In this document: piece after piece, positions 24,453-37,300 of the stretch | Numbering within the stretch: position 1 is the first letter of the stretch | Layout of the letters: every line of letters begins with the position of its first letter | Source of the DNA: Ancylonema sp. | Lineage: Eukaryota | Direction: 5' to 3' | DNA length: 56,166 nt | Assembly (NCBI GenBank): GCA_050230475.1 | Contig: JBFLGF010000040.1 | Coordinates: forward strand, 62,001-118,166 | Program-made: the position numbers and the translations under genes | The notes under the pieces: model-generated | Seen by the model: only the letters and a program-made list of their open reading frames with translations | The model's database searches: none | Told to the model about the DNA's origin: nothing

Positions 24453-26691
24453 GAATGTGACGTGCTGAGAGTGTCTGCCCTGTCCATGAAGTAGTCAGTC
24501 CCTGAAAATTTTCCTGAGAGCATCAACTACGGTCGGAATACTCGGGCCTGACTACTATTTGCGCCACGAACCGGGTCGAATCTGGTCGAATTTCCCGTAC
24601 TATGGTCGGGACTAAACGAGTTGTCCTTTTCAAAGCGCCATGACAACTTATAGGCAATGTTGTCCTCGAGGACTACTGAGTAGTCCTTCAGATTAACGAA
24701 TCAGAGGCGTTGAGATGACGCGGCCCAGATCTCGTCGAAAAAAATAATGGCTTACCTAGGTCGACGTCCCAATTCCTTATGTCGACGTCCAATTCTCAGC
24801 GAGTTCCTCGTGTCCACCTACAAGTATGGACGGGGACCGTAGATACGGCTCGAAGCGGACTACATTTCCGAGAGCCGTCTATTCTAATTTGTCGTTCTCG
24901 CCCGAATCTCGCCGAAACTTCGTACGTCCCATCTAAGCAACGTGGCCGTTGCAGAAACCAGTATTGATGTAAAAAACCCCGGTCCACGAACCTGTAGATC
25001 GCGGTAGCCCGTCAGCGACCAGCATGTTACGATCGACGGGGTCATGACTCATGACCCAGACGTCGGCCGCATGCGGTCCAGGGTTTGTTCGGCGGGGGGT
25101 ACGTCGGGTTAAAGTCGGCAGCAAACCCGCAGCCATAATTATCGTCGGCAAAGCCCCGGTTGGCGGGATAATGTTCGCTTCGATATGTATAAATTATAGT
25201 GCTATTATGAAGCGGTTTTTGAATTTTCATAAGGAAAAAACATGCGCACATAATTTTGGACCCCACTGTAACGCATGTTTTTTTTTTTATTTAAGCACCA
25301 ACGAAGGGTTTAGCTAGGTCGGCGTCCGAGGTGCGAGCGCACGCGTGCCGCAAGGTGTCGCACGTGGTGCGCGGCCAAGTACGTTACATAGGAAGAAGTC
25401 ATGGTTTTTTTTTTTTAAGAACATGAATTTTATTTTGCATAGTATGCGCATAAATGTTATATTGTCAATAAACTAAGTGCAATAAGTGTCCTCTCTCAAT
25501 TTTAGACAAATTTTGTTTTTCTACAATTGGTTGTATATGAAAAGTTGCTAGAATTGAATGAAGGCTTACGTAATTAGTGTTACAATATGTATTGCCTTTC
25601 AATTATGTATTGCCTTTCAATGTTTCCAAAACCATTAACCTCTTGTCTATGTTTTCAAGGAAACACTAAAAACTAAATTTATATATTTGCAATAATAGAA
25701 ACGAATAATGTATCGAGTTGCATTTGTCGTAGTCTTTGGATTTTGCATGACGATTTCAATTGAGTGGTAGGAATGTCTTTAGTGTATTGGACGCGTATTA
25801 TTTATAGCGTGTGTGACACCCAAGCGTCATTTTGCGCCTTCGCTAGTAGTTCAATTTTTTAGGCATATGATGTCAAGGTATGGGTAGAATGCATTTCCAT
25901 GCATGTCTTGAGGGGATTGGAGCACGTTGTGTGATAGTGTTCGATCTCAGTCTATTTGTCACATTATGTGCTTCAAATTATTAACGATTTTAAAATTTTT
26001 AATTTTAATTTTAATTTTAAATACAAAAATGTGAATGGGTAAATACGATTTTTTTTTTTAAGATCATGCAATATCCGATGCAGTAATCGGCACGTCCAAC
26101 ACGATTTCCAATTCAATCCACGACAATCTACAACGACAACGATGTTAACACAACAAGAACTCCATCAACTCCACACAATTAATGACACTTTCACGTGTTC
26201 ACACTCAAATACCGACGTGAAATGATTACACCATACTAACCATTGCGCTATGATTGTCGCAACTCCCAACGTATGGCACAATGTTGAAACACGGTACACA
26301 CACCTAAATTGTTTATTGCCACATCCCAACAAGCTCTAAAAGCAATAAATGCTTTGCATTATATCATCTCAAACTTGCTTACAACTCTATCCACATTGCC
26401 TAAAGTTTTGCCACACGCCATTGTCGCTTGTGCTACGTGGTTGTAGAGAGGAACGAGATCAGGAAATTGGCGTGTAGATGTGCCATCCACTCCGGGGGTC
26501 CACGGGAGGGAGTTTATACGATATCAACTCCCTCTTCTGAAAATGGTTACTATTGGTGTGGATGTGTTACGACCGTCGCCGGTCTGTACTTTCAACGACT
26601 TCACAACCGGGCCATAAAAGGCACAATGTCCAAGATGGGACTTAGACAGCACAGATACGCTATGTACCGAGATGCCGATCCCTAACACTAT

Positions 26692-27250
26692 CCCCCCCCG
26701 CAAGGGGTTCGCGTCCCGAGAACCCCCAACACCCCCAGAATGACCGGAGCTCATGTTCCGCACCACGGGCACCCCCTCCCCGAGGGTGCACCCCGTATGT
26801 GAACGGGGGCCGGTCAAGATATAAATTGTTAACCCCCACGGAAAATCCGTGTGAGCGGGAAAGTGGAGGAGACGGGATTCGAACCACCGCCCACGAGTAA
26901 TCTTGGACATTCTGTTACGACCGACGACAATGGCGAAATGAACCGATATGGATGGAGGGAAATGAGCCGATGGTAAAATGGTCGGGTTGATATGGTAGGG
27001 ACACAAGGTGCAAGTACATGAGTTGATAGGAATGCTCTATAGGCATTACTATCGGCTAGATATAGGAAAGTCAGCCCTAGCCGACTCTAGGAATCAAGTG
27101 GGATAAATAAGTCAAGGGCGGCTGAGTACACAACAGAATGTAGCTAAAGGCACAACTGCCATGACTAAGGAACACCAGAATACTCCCTAGGGGCCAGGCG
27201 GCCGCTAGGGACACAACTCTCACTGAGGGGGGGGGGGGGGGGGAGAGGGG
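26692..27250. other. GC-rich hairpin-forming insertion with a tRNA T-arm/B-box-like motif (possible SINE-derived composite)
   Basis: Bounded by a C8 run and a long G run. Local hairpins cccgcaaggg, ccccgt..acgggg and cacgga..tccgtg. The minus strand reads GGTTCGAATCCCGTCTCCTCCA at ~26885-26864. Confidence 0.45.
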
Positions 27251-27301
27251 TCATACAAACGTACAATTGCAACAAACGTGAACAAGAACATAGATATAGC
27301 T

Positions 27302-28117
27302 TTACTTGTTGGTCTTGTAAGTGCAATCGATGACAAGTACATGATGATACAAGAGGGCGTATTTCCGGTTTGGAACATAAGCGAAGAAGAGTCTCTTGAG
27401 TGTGCCGTCGTCACTTGTCTGCATGACGTAAGTCCATTTTTCCTTTTGCTCGAGCTCCTTCACCAACGCTTGGGTGGGAGTATAACCACCCAATTCTTTC
27501 TTCCTCTCTAACAGTTTTATAGTGCCGACGTCTCTAGCTAAGAGCACCTTATTGGGTTTATTTCTCAACACACCAACTATTTGTTCTGGCGCTACGTTTC
27601 CGTTAGACAACTTCATTACTTGTTGAATATCCTCCATCGTAGGGCGACGCACTTGCGGATGACCTAACAAATCAGGGGTGGGGCCGTGATTATGCTTTCC
27701 GTCTACGACCTTCAATTTCCACCCTACGTCTATCAACTTAGTTGACACAAGAAACGGACATCCTATAAGACGTGTTCCTCCTTTGCGCATTCGCATATGA
27801 CCTTGCAGATTACGACGGTTGAAATACTCCCCCCCACGATCACACCTATATGTGACCCACTTGTTTTTTTTTGAATTTTTGTGGGTGACAACATAACCAT
27901 GGCTATTTGCAAATGCCTGTAGGAACACATACAACTCCTCCCGCGTCTTATGGACACCAGTGTTATGGGGTACTGTGAGGGGACCTGGCGGAATGTGCTC
28001 GGGTGGCGGGACTTCCTGGGGTACAGAGGTGTTTGGTGGTTGAAAATGGTTGGGAGGAGGTGGGTTAACACCTTTCTCAAGAGCGACCGAACCTGTATTC
28101 ATACGGTGGTAAGACAA
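27302..28117 (-). pseudogene. MULE transposase N-terminal fragment (FAR1/WRKY-GCM1-type zinc ribbon plus start of the DDE domain)
   Basis: FANSHGY, CDRGG...GCPF...WKL...HNH, RLFFA and VLVIDCTYKTNK (first catalytic Asp). A stop and loss of the rest of the catalytic domain follow. Confidence 0.9.
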
Positions 28118-29945
28118 GAAAAATAAATAACTACGTATTTCCTTGCTCTAATCCACATGATTCCAGTATTTATGGGAGTTCATCTTATATATTGGAGTTA
28201 ATAGCATATATATAAGTTAATGGTACCTATGTATATAGCTATACATATACATATACATATACATATTGATATACAAGTACATAATATGCCATCATACATC
28301 CATCATATACCCAATCTAAATAAATTTATGATTCTAATTGTACACATTCGGTACACCTTGTATACTATACCCTAAAACTTGCTAGACATTTATAAACTAT
28401 ATGGCTGAAGGAAATAGAAGGACTCTCTGTAACTCCTCACTTCGGAGAGAGAATAACTTACCAGCAGACAGGATTTACTCCGACAATATGAGGTGGGTGC
28501 ACCGTGTTGGAGAAGCGACACCAATATGACAACGAACAACAATCGCCCCATCCTGGTTCACAGCGCGAGTACTGTACTAAATGTAAATCAGAATCAACTA
28601 CAAGACAATGAAGGACATGATAATATGTAACAGCATGAAAAAGACGATGTCATTTGTCTCATATATACGCTACTTCAATACCTATACCACAAGGATAGGC
28701 TACAATCCAACACGTCTTTCGAATGTTGTATACTTAAAGCGGCTGAAGAACATATTAAATATTAGAGAATCAAATAGAGCATCCTTTCTTTCTCCTAGGT
28801 CGCGTGATGACAAACATCAGTAACACAAATTCACGAATGTGAAAAATGCACTCCCCATAACTACAACTTTACAGCATGAAGAAGGTTCATAAAAAATCGA
28901 TTTTTTTACCTGATAATGTACTCAACACACGAGCTATCACCCTTGAATCAGTTCGGATCACGAAGCCAACTTAGAATGCGTCACGCAATAGCCATGTTTC
29001 ACAACATCGCACCCACGACAAACACCGGAGGAAGAGACAGTAACTTGTCAGCATGTAGAGAATCCCGTCTGTAGTCTGACAGAAAGGACACAAACCCGAC
29101 GTACCCCCCGCCGAACAAACCCTGGACCGCACGCGGCCGACGTCTGGGTCATGAGTCATGACCCCGTCGATCGTAACATGCCGGTAACCGCGCTGACGGG
29201 CTACCACGATCTACAGGTTCGCCGCGGTTTTTTACATCAATACTGGTTTCTGCAACGGCCACGTTGTTTAGATGGGACGGACGGGCGAGATTCGGGTGAG
29301 AACGACAAATTAGAATCGACGGCTCTCGGAAATGTAGTCCGCTTCCAGCCGTCTCTACGGTCCCCGTCCATACTTGTAGGTGGACACGAGGAACTCGCTG
29401 AGAATTGGACGTCGACATAAGGAATTGGGACGTCGACCTAGGTAAGCCCAAAAAATAAACGACCGCGATGAACATCCCGGTGACGATTCGAAAAAGTGAA
29501 GTATTGACGGATGGATGTTGGTAAATTTGAGTGACAAATCCCGTCGTACGTTGCGCTCTAATTTTACGACCTCAAATGAGCCACATCTACATTTTCCCAA
29601 GCGGATCTAAGGATTGACGGCCATGATCCTCCGCCTGACGCGAAATTGCTGAGGTGGCAGTAGTCCGCGATCTAGTCCCTGACCATAGTGCGGCGCCAAA
29701 ATTTGGCGAGACAATGCCCCGATGACAGCTAGTGTGCGAGGACAACTCGGGCGGTTAACCTTGGACTACTCGTCGAGTTGTCCTCCAAAAATAGTCCGAC
29801 CATAGTTGATGCTCTAAGGAGCACTAGGCGCTGGTTGAGGATCGTTGGCAACTGGGACGAGCGAAGAACATACAAAATCTGGAATGATAAAAATAAATTT
29901 ACAGCTATATATTTAAAAAGCACGTGCTCGTTGCGTCTCATTTTT

Positions 29946-30018
29946 GGGAGTGTAGCTCACATGGTAGAGCGCTCGCTTCGCATGCGAGAGGTATGGGGAT
30001 CGATACCCCACTCTTCCA
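29946..30018 (+). tRNA. tRNA-Ala(CGC)
   Basis: 73-nt cloverleaf with G3:U70 Ala identity pair, anticodon arm CTCGC-TT-CGC-AT-GCGAG and discriminator A. TATA-like run about 40 bp upstream. Confidence 0.95.
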
Positions 30019-30191
30019 CTATGCCCTGCCGAATTTTATTCCCCCCGCTGTTACCGCTGTTTCGTGCTTGCATAATGAGGCACTTTTCATCACCATAGGA
30101 CAAACCAAACCCGCCACAGCAATATTAATCTGTGGTGTAGATTATATTAATAGAGTATATAATTTGTATTAGTCACGCTACCTGCATATCT

Positions 30192-30264
30192 GGGGATGTA
30201 GCTCACATGGTAGAGCGCTCGCTTAGCATGCGAGAGGTATGGGGATCGATACCCCACTTCTCCA
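30192..30264 (+). tRNA. tRNA-Ala(AGC)
   Basis: 73-nt cloverleaf GGGGATGTAGCTCACATGGTAGAGCGCTCGCTTAGCATGCGAGAGG...CTTCTCCA with G3:U70 and anticodon AGC. Confidence 0.96.
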
Positions 30265-30893
30265 CAAATATGTTCTCTGCGGTTCTGAACTCGTTTTCCC
30301 ATAGCGTCTCTAACGCATTAGGGTTAATGTGGACAAAGTTTTAGACCAGATTTACGATCTTCGTTGAAGCTTACATATCATTTTGTTTATTTACTCGTAT
30401 GATCATCCTCAACACTATGTATAGGCATTGATTTGGTTGACCATATTCTGTTGCATTGATGAAGAGTGTGCCTTGACAAAGGGCAAGTTTTATAAGATTC
30501 CACAGGGTTTCGTTGTGCCAAATCGGGTGTATTTATATAAAGGGTGCTTATATGCGGGTCGAATGCGGTTCACAATTTGAAACTTATGCAGTTCTCTTTA
30601 TGAAAAGTATTGGTTTGCCTTGCCTTTCGACAATGGACCATTTTGTTCATGAGTCTTTACTCCATGTCCAACAAAATATGTGAGGACTTTGTTGCTTAGT
30701 ACGACCTAAATAGTCCCCAACTCTCCTCGGAAGGTTGGATAATCATATTCTGTTGGTCGCAATGTATTGGTCTCATTACGCACTTGTAAAGCTTGCATCA
30801 CAACACCCACGCTAAATTTGATGATGATGCCAAGGCAACTTACTCTAGGCAACATGTGAACAAAACATTTGTTTATTTACTTTGCTTCATTCA

Positions 30894-31013
30894 CGGAGTC
30901 CCTCGATACAAGGACACACATTTTGAAACCCATTAGTGAATGTCTTAAGGCCACCTCGATATAAGGACATTTTTTTTGTGTTTTTTTTTTGTCCTTATAT
31001 CGAGGGAGAACCG
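30894..31013. mobile_element. Small pogo/Tc1-like MITE
   Basis: Imperfect TIR cggagtccctcgatacaaggaca / tgtccttatatcgagggagaaccg, an internal third copy cctcgatataaggaca, and TA on the right flank. A more decayed relative lies at ~49245-49352. Confidence 0.55.
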
Positions 31014-33519
31014 TACGGCTCGACACCTCTAAGGTGACACAGTCTATCCGATCCATATATACGGTCCCCATCATTTTTGTGACACAAGCACCACGAAATC
31101 GAAAAAAAACTAGCTTGTGGATTTAGCTAAGGCTCTCCGACGATAGCAAATCCAAATATTACTAAAGAATGATTGAAACTCGCAAGTATCCATTTCATTA
31201 AAAGTTTATAATATTCATTACAATCATTAAAATCAATTCCGCGGCACGTTTTGGAATTCTAGATGTCCGAATCCCGGAGTCGTTTCCGACCCGGAGTCAT
31301 CGATAATAACTACCGAATACCTCGTATCGTTTTTCATGCTTTGAAAAACGAAAAAAATAGATAAAATATTGGAAAGCTTACTTCGGAACAACAACAGGTT
31401 ATAGTGTAGACAATGAAGAAATATCATGAAAATAGCACGATGGAAACATTCTATTGAAAACAACGGAGAAAAATCGATCGCCAAGAAAGTCTATAAGAGT
31501 TAGTAATGAAACATCAAGGTTCCGAGCACTCTTAGAAAAGCAAGCTACACGTAACTTCGCCAACGTGATCGACACTCGTGGGGGAGGTCATAAAGAGAAG
31601 GCTCTAGTCACAATGTCACATCACGGCTAGCATGTGCACTCTATACTGCACAGGGCTCCCGTACCGGGTTGTCTACGGTTTAGAAAGTTAGACGCTCATA
31701 CTCTCAATCTCTAAATTTGTAAAAACAAAAATTAAGGTTCGAACTAGACAAACAACACAAATGATAAGACACGGAATGATACCCTTAGTGAACTCTATGG
31801 GTCATTTTCATGCATCCAAACACATCTTCCTTGTCAAGGGTCTTAACGAGACCGTCTTGTAAGATCTTAACCCTATGGAGTTCATCGTTTATAAAACAAG
31901 CGGGTCTGAATTTAAAACCGTGCTAGCAAGAGATGATGATATGAAGTTGATTCCGTAAAAGGTGGATTGGATAATTACATTCAATTTTCCATGTTCCACC
32001 TAGATCGCGTGGAGAAAGAAAAAAACAGAGAAGGGATGGATCATCATCCTAGATTTGGCTTCCCGGACCTTCCACAACTCACGCACTATGACGCGCGGAA
32101 AATTATATTCCGTATTTGTACGGAGCCCCCCAAAAAATATAAATATTGCGCGCCGGCTTAACGCGCAGAATACGGACGAAAAGACGGGACGGTCTACTCA
32201 ACAAATTACAAATTACTCAACAATGCTCTTAAATGTTATTTTTATGTTGAGAGAGATCGCTTCATCAAGTCCATCAATTTGCATCTTTAATCATATGGTA
32301 TGGGGATCCTTCGTGGTCGCTTAGTTCCTTCCATATCTAGGTGAAATTTAAGTCAAATTAAACCGACTACCAAATACAAACATTTGTTGCACAATGTAGA
32401 TCTAGATTATGCTCAATAACTATTGAGTTCGTTCCTTTCCAATTTTACGTTTTGCATGCATGCGGATCACGTCAACACCTTCAAACCTCTCACTCGATCA
32501 CGTCCTTCACTACCAAAATATTAGGCCGCACAAATACCTTCTCAAAACTATGCGACACATCATGAATAACATCCACTCCTTTTCTTTTCAAGTGAGCAAA
32601 GAGCTCGGGATTTTTTAAGTCAAGGCCGTCAAATGGAGAAAAATGTTTTGTTATTTTCGCCAAAGTCCTAAACTTATTTGAGCACGAACTTGGACGGTTG
32701 GATGAGGATGACTAGCAAAATCATACATACTTTTGCCGATACGATGCCGAATCGAAAATCTATTAGAACTTGTAAGGTAGGATGACGGGATAGCGCGATT
32801 GCAACGAGACTTGATGCGATGGAAAATGTCAAAAACGCGGTCGAACGCGAAAGGCTTAATCGCCGAATCGAAGGCCATTCTACCCTCGACGATTACGAAC
32901 TACTTCACTTTGAAACGATCTGGACTTCTGAACTGAACGGTCTGGCGTTTTTTTTTGTTTTTTTTTTTCAAAAATTTAAAACCCACAAAATCATACATTT
33001 CCGAATGATACCGCATTTTAAAACGTGTTTTAGCGTACTCATACGGTGAGGGCACAACACGCCAATTTTGTGTGTAATACCTCAACGTATTATGCGTATT
33101 GCGCAGCCCTCCATAAAACCGCGGGTACCGTAGCGGTACTAAGGTACAATATGTATTTTAAGTGTGTAGCCTCATATCATTTTGAATCAAAACAAAATTT
33201 GAAAATGCCCGGATGATGTGCTTTGGACCGTCAAAAGAATCCAGAAATGAATGGAACTTGTGGTGGATTATTTTGGTTAATACTTTGATGTTTCAAAATC
33301 GATGGATCTTTGCCCAATTACGTATGACTAATAGTCATTAAATCTGGAATTGCTTCGGAAAAATCATTCGCAAACATATCATTTTTATCTCAAAATGATA
33401 AATCAACAATGTACAATATACAACATACAATCATCCACAATTGTATGTTGGCTCAATCTCTTGAATAAGCAGAAAGCAACTCACATGAACCCATCCATCA
33501 CAAGTCCAACACGTAACCT

Positions 33520-34324
33520 CTAAGAAAGAACAACTTGCTTATTTTGTGAAAAGCTTGCTATCCCGTGGCCATTCTTCGTAAGAGTTCTTGTAGGATACCA
33601 GGGGTACACCCCGTCTACATCTACTTGTTCTAGAATGCTCCAAAGGTGAACACGATACGATGAATGCCCGCCACTCACGAAGGAAGTCACATCGATCTGC
33701 AAATTTCAATCACAACTCACGCATCATTTGAGTGTGTGCAAACATATAAGCAACTTAACGAATCTCCAAGCATAATGAAATCCCTTTATATAAAAAAAAA
33801 AGCGTCCCTGCAAAAAGAATTTGCAGGGGACGGGGGACTCTCTTGGCCACATCGTCTTATTCAAATCCCTTTCCCACTCACATTCTCAATCCCGGGTGTG
33901 GGAACCTCTTGGATACCAGCGATCCCAGTAGTCATGAAACTGCGAAAGGGAAAGTCGGGGGGGTATACCCACAACAAACATGTGATCAACACATGTTAAA
34001 AAACAGAGTCCCTTCAAAGCGACATGACCAAAAGAGAATAAAACAACATCTGTTTGTTGTGCTGTGGCTCAAGTCCCACGCCCCCTCCCCCCCCCCTCAC
34101 CTTGTGCGGTACACCAACCCCAGTGTCCAATCGTTGGTGCAGTAACAGTTGACGATACGCCCTGCCACAATCTGCCACGTGGACCATCCTCCGATGAGTC
34201 AAGGCCTCCTCAAGGGCAGAACCAGTTTCATGTAAAAAATCCCAATTATGAAATACCAAGAACCCATAATACTAAAAAAAAAAAGGGGGGGGGGGGGGGG
34301 GGGGGGGGGTGGGCGAAACAAAAA

Positions 34325-34358
<34 letters not shown>

Positions 34359-37300
34359 CTCCTTTTTACCTTTCTGATGGCCCCCCACCGCTCATCCCTA
34401 GCCGGCACAGGAGACCCAATGAGCACCACACGCTCCACCAACCCGTCTGAACCACCAGCCCTACCCGACTCGTTTTCCTTAACCGCGGTTAACAAAACCA
34501 ACAACCATTTGGAACAACTTCCGATGCAAACACGTTTATTCTCTCCGGGGAACCAACACCTTCCGCACCGTGACACTTTTGGTCACTAGTTTACAACGGA
34601 GTTCATAAAAAGCGAGAGGACAAAGTATGCGGCGCCATGTTTTGAGAGTGTATATTTCTTTACTTGTATGCTCCTTGGAGGCGAGGTGTTGGAGACAGGA
34701 GAAGATGACACGTGATCCCATAGAAAAACCCATCAGGGTAACGGGTCTGAATCGCACATCGAGGGGGGGGGGGGGTAAGCCGGTTTTTGTGAGTTTGAGG
34801 ACCAGGAATATGACTTTTCGTAAAGTTAAAGGGGGACAAGACGTTCGGATCTTGATCCGAAGGGGAGTGGAGTATAGGGTAGTAACGAGTACTTCAAGAC
34901 AATTGAGTAATGTTGTCCTCCGCTGTAGCAAGTACAAGTTGACTTACTTTCACTCCCCCAAACAGTGAGAGAGTAGAGAGAGTGGCTACACTCGGGCTCT
35001 AGGAGAAATGGTCGAATACAAGGGCACAAATGTTTGTTTGTTTGTTTGTTTTGTTTTGTTTTTTGGGTGTGTTTGTGTGTGTGTGTGTGTGTTTGTGTGT
35101 GCACTCCCTGTCTTTGGTACAAATATCCGGAATGTCCTTCCCCTACTCCCCACGAGAGACCACGTGGCACCTTCTAGACATCATGCTCACCTGGCCCCAT
35201 GCGTCCGCTGCATCAAAATCTCCGCCATCAATTTCCCGGCTTTATCCGATCTGCAGGAAACACCCCCACCCCCCCCTCGTCACCCCTCCCCCACACTCAA
35301 CGATACAACGAACCAAACCCACCCCCTCCACATCAATCAAAACATACGAACAAAACAAATCAAACCCCGCATAAAAAAAAAAAAAAAACAAACAAAAACA
35401 AAAAATATTTCAAAGCCCCTCCCAACCCCCCTCCTCTTCTGTTTCCCCCTCCACACAGGAAACGTGAGAAGAGGGAAGAGTGATCTCTCGTCTTCCGATT
35501 TTCACCTGTCCACCGCGATGGACCACGTGGAGTCGATCATGTCCGTGAGCGAGATGAGCGCCAGCGGCCAGGCCACAGCCACCACCAGCGAGGAGAGGAC
35601 GGTCAGCATGGCACCTTGCTTCACGCCCGTGGTGATCACAGCTGGGGAGAGGAATAAGGGGCGTGGGGAGGGGGGAGAGGGGAGAGGGGAGAGGAGGGGG
35701 GAGGGGGAGGGAGGTGGGAAGGAGGAGCCCGATCAGTACTCTGGGGTGAAGAATGAGTACTCGGTAAGAAAGCGGTGTTGGGCAGAGAATCAGTACTGGG
35801 GTGAAGGAGTCAGTATTGGGCAGAGACTTGGTACCAAGCAGACATGCAGTACTGGGTAAAGAGTGAGTAGAGGGCGAGCAATGGGTTGTGAGTAGACGCC
35901 CATCAAAGGATTGGAGGAAGGTATACTTCCACTTTTTGCCCACACAAGTGTACGGATGTACAGAATGTATGTGGATACATGCAGAGCATACTCTCATATT
36001 CTGTTAATGATATTGTTACTATTACTATCATTATTGTTATTCAGATCTTATGTCAAGTTCTTATGATCCTCATTCTCATGACCAGGACCCTAAGTGACAA
36101 CCACAAATACTAGACCCTATATTGTATTGCTCTCCTTACAATACTGCAGGCTGTAAATGGAATGGATTGGAGTGGAATGTGTGCGTACCGTTTTTCAGCA
36201 TGTCCTCCACGGCAGTGCTGAGTGGGATGATGAGGGCACTCTCGTATAGAAGCGCATAACTGACCATAGGCAAAACACCCCCCACAACACAACCGTACAA
36301 CAGTCAGGGTGCACTTTCTCTTTTCCCAACAGCTGGGCATCCGCACGGGGAATATGGAAAGTAAGAATCCAAGACTCCTTAGGTCCAAGAGTACAAAGAA
36401 CCCATAAACTGGAGAGCCCCTAAAATGAAGAACCCCCAAACTGAAGAAACCCAAAATGAAATTTCAATGACGTCATACAAAATATATAGATATGTATCCG
36501 AAAATCCAGACTTCTAAACACCCAAATGTCCAGAAATTTCTAGTCCAAGATTCCAGGAATCAAGAATTCAGGAATCCAGAACATGAACCTGAACATGAAC
36601 CTGAACATGAAACTAAACATGAACCTGTAGAGCATGTGCGGTTAGTGTTCCCCTCCACAGTCCACAGTCCACAGTCCACATCAGTTTCCTTGTCACTCAC
36701 GATTCTGTGTCCATCTCTGGATCCGGCCACGGTTGAACGTAGTCGGATACACTCTTCACCATGCCGGAAACGACAATGGAAGCAGACAAGCGCTGACAAA
36801 AAGTGGAAACCTCTGTTAGCATCATCATCGTCTTCATCATGATCACCATCACCCAACCAATTGCTCTCATGCTGGTTATATTCATGTCATGTCATGTGTG
36901 CCACGTAGTAACAGCTCCGTACCGGCGTACAACGTTCAAATGCCTCACTTCAGAACATCTCAAACTCAAACGACAAGTCATAAACCTTTTTTTTATTTTT
37001 AAAGAGGGGGGGGGGGGGAGGTGGTGTAAGTTCCAGTGTTCTCATCCTTATCCTCCTTGATCCTTTCCTGTCCCTCCTCTCCTTCCTTCCTTCCTTCCTT
37101 TTAATCCTTCGTCCTTCTTCCCTTCCCTCCCTCCCTCCCTCCCTCCCACCCTCCCTCACCGGTCTGAACCCACTCCTCAACCTCATATCCACATCCGCCG
37201 CCTTCTTTGCCGACATCCCACTCCACTTAGACGCAGAAGACCCCCACCGTCGAAAACTACCCCACCCACCAGACCCCGAAAAACTCCCGCTCCCCCCCTG

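Larger units (their letters stand above)
24748..29449 (-). mobile_element. Mutator-like element (MULE), internally deleted
   Basis: ~360-bp TIRs (24748-~25110 and ~29093-29449), a perfect 9-bp TSD AAAAAATAA (24739-24747 and 29450-29458), and an internal transposase fragment. Confidence 0.93.
24518..29814. mobile_element. Tourist/PIF-Harbinger-like MITE (~590 bp) split by a Mutator insertion
   Basis: TIR GAGCATCAACTACGGTCGGA / TCCGACCATAGTTGATGCTC, 3-bp flanks TGA / TAA, and shared internal motifs (gagttgtcct, ggacta/tagtcc) on both halves. Confidence 0.75.

Noticed and set aside
26864..26940. Intact tRNA gene on the minus strand
   Set aside because: A B-box is present, but the T stem does not pair fully and there is no D arm, A box or 5' acceptor strand.
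34199..35997. Long low-complexity ORFs (poly-G, K, F, P) in the ORF track
   Set aside because: They arise from homopolymer and microsatellite-rich introns or the antisense strand of the DUF726 gene. Homopolymer lengths may also be sequencing artefacts.
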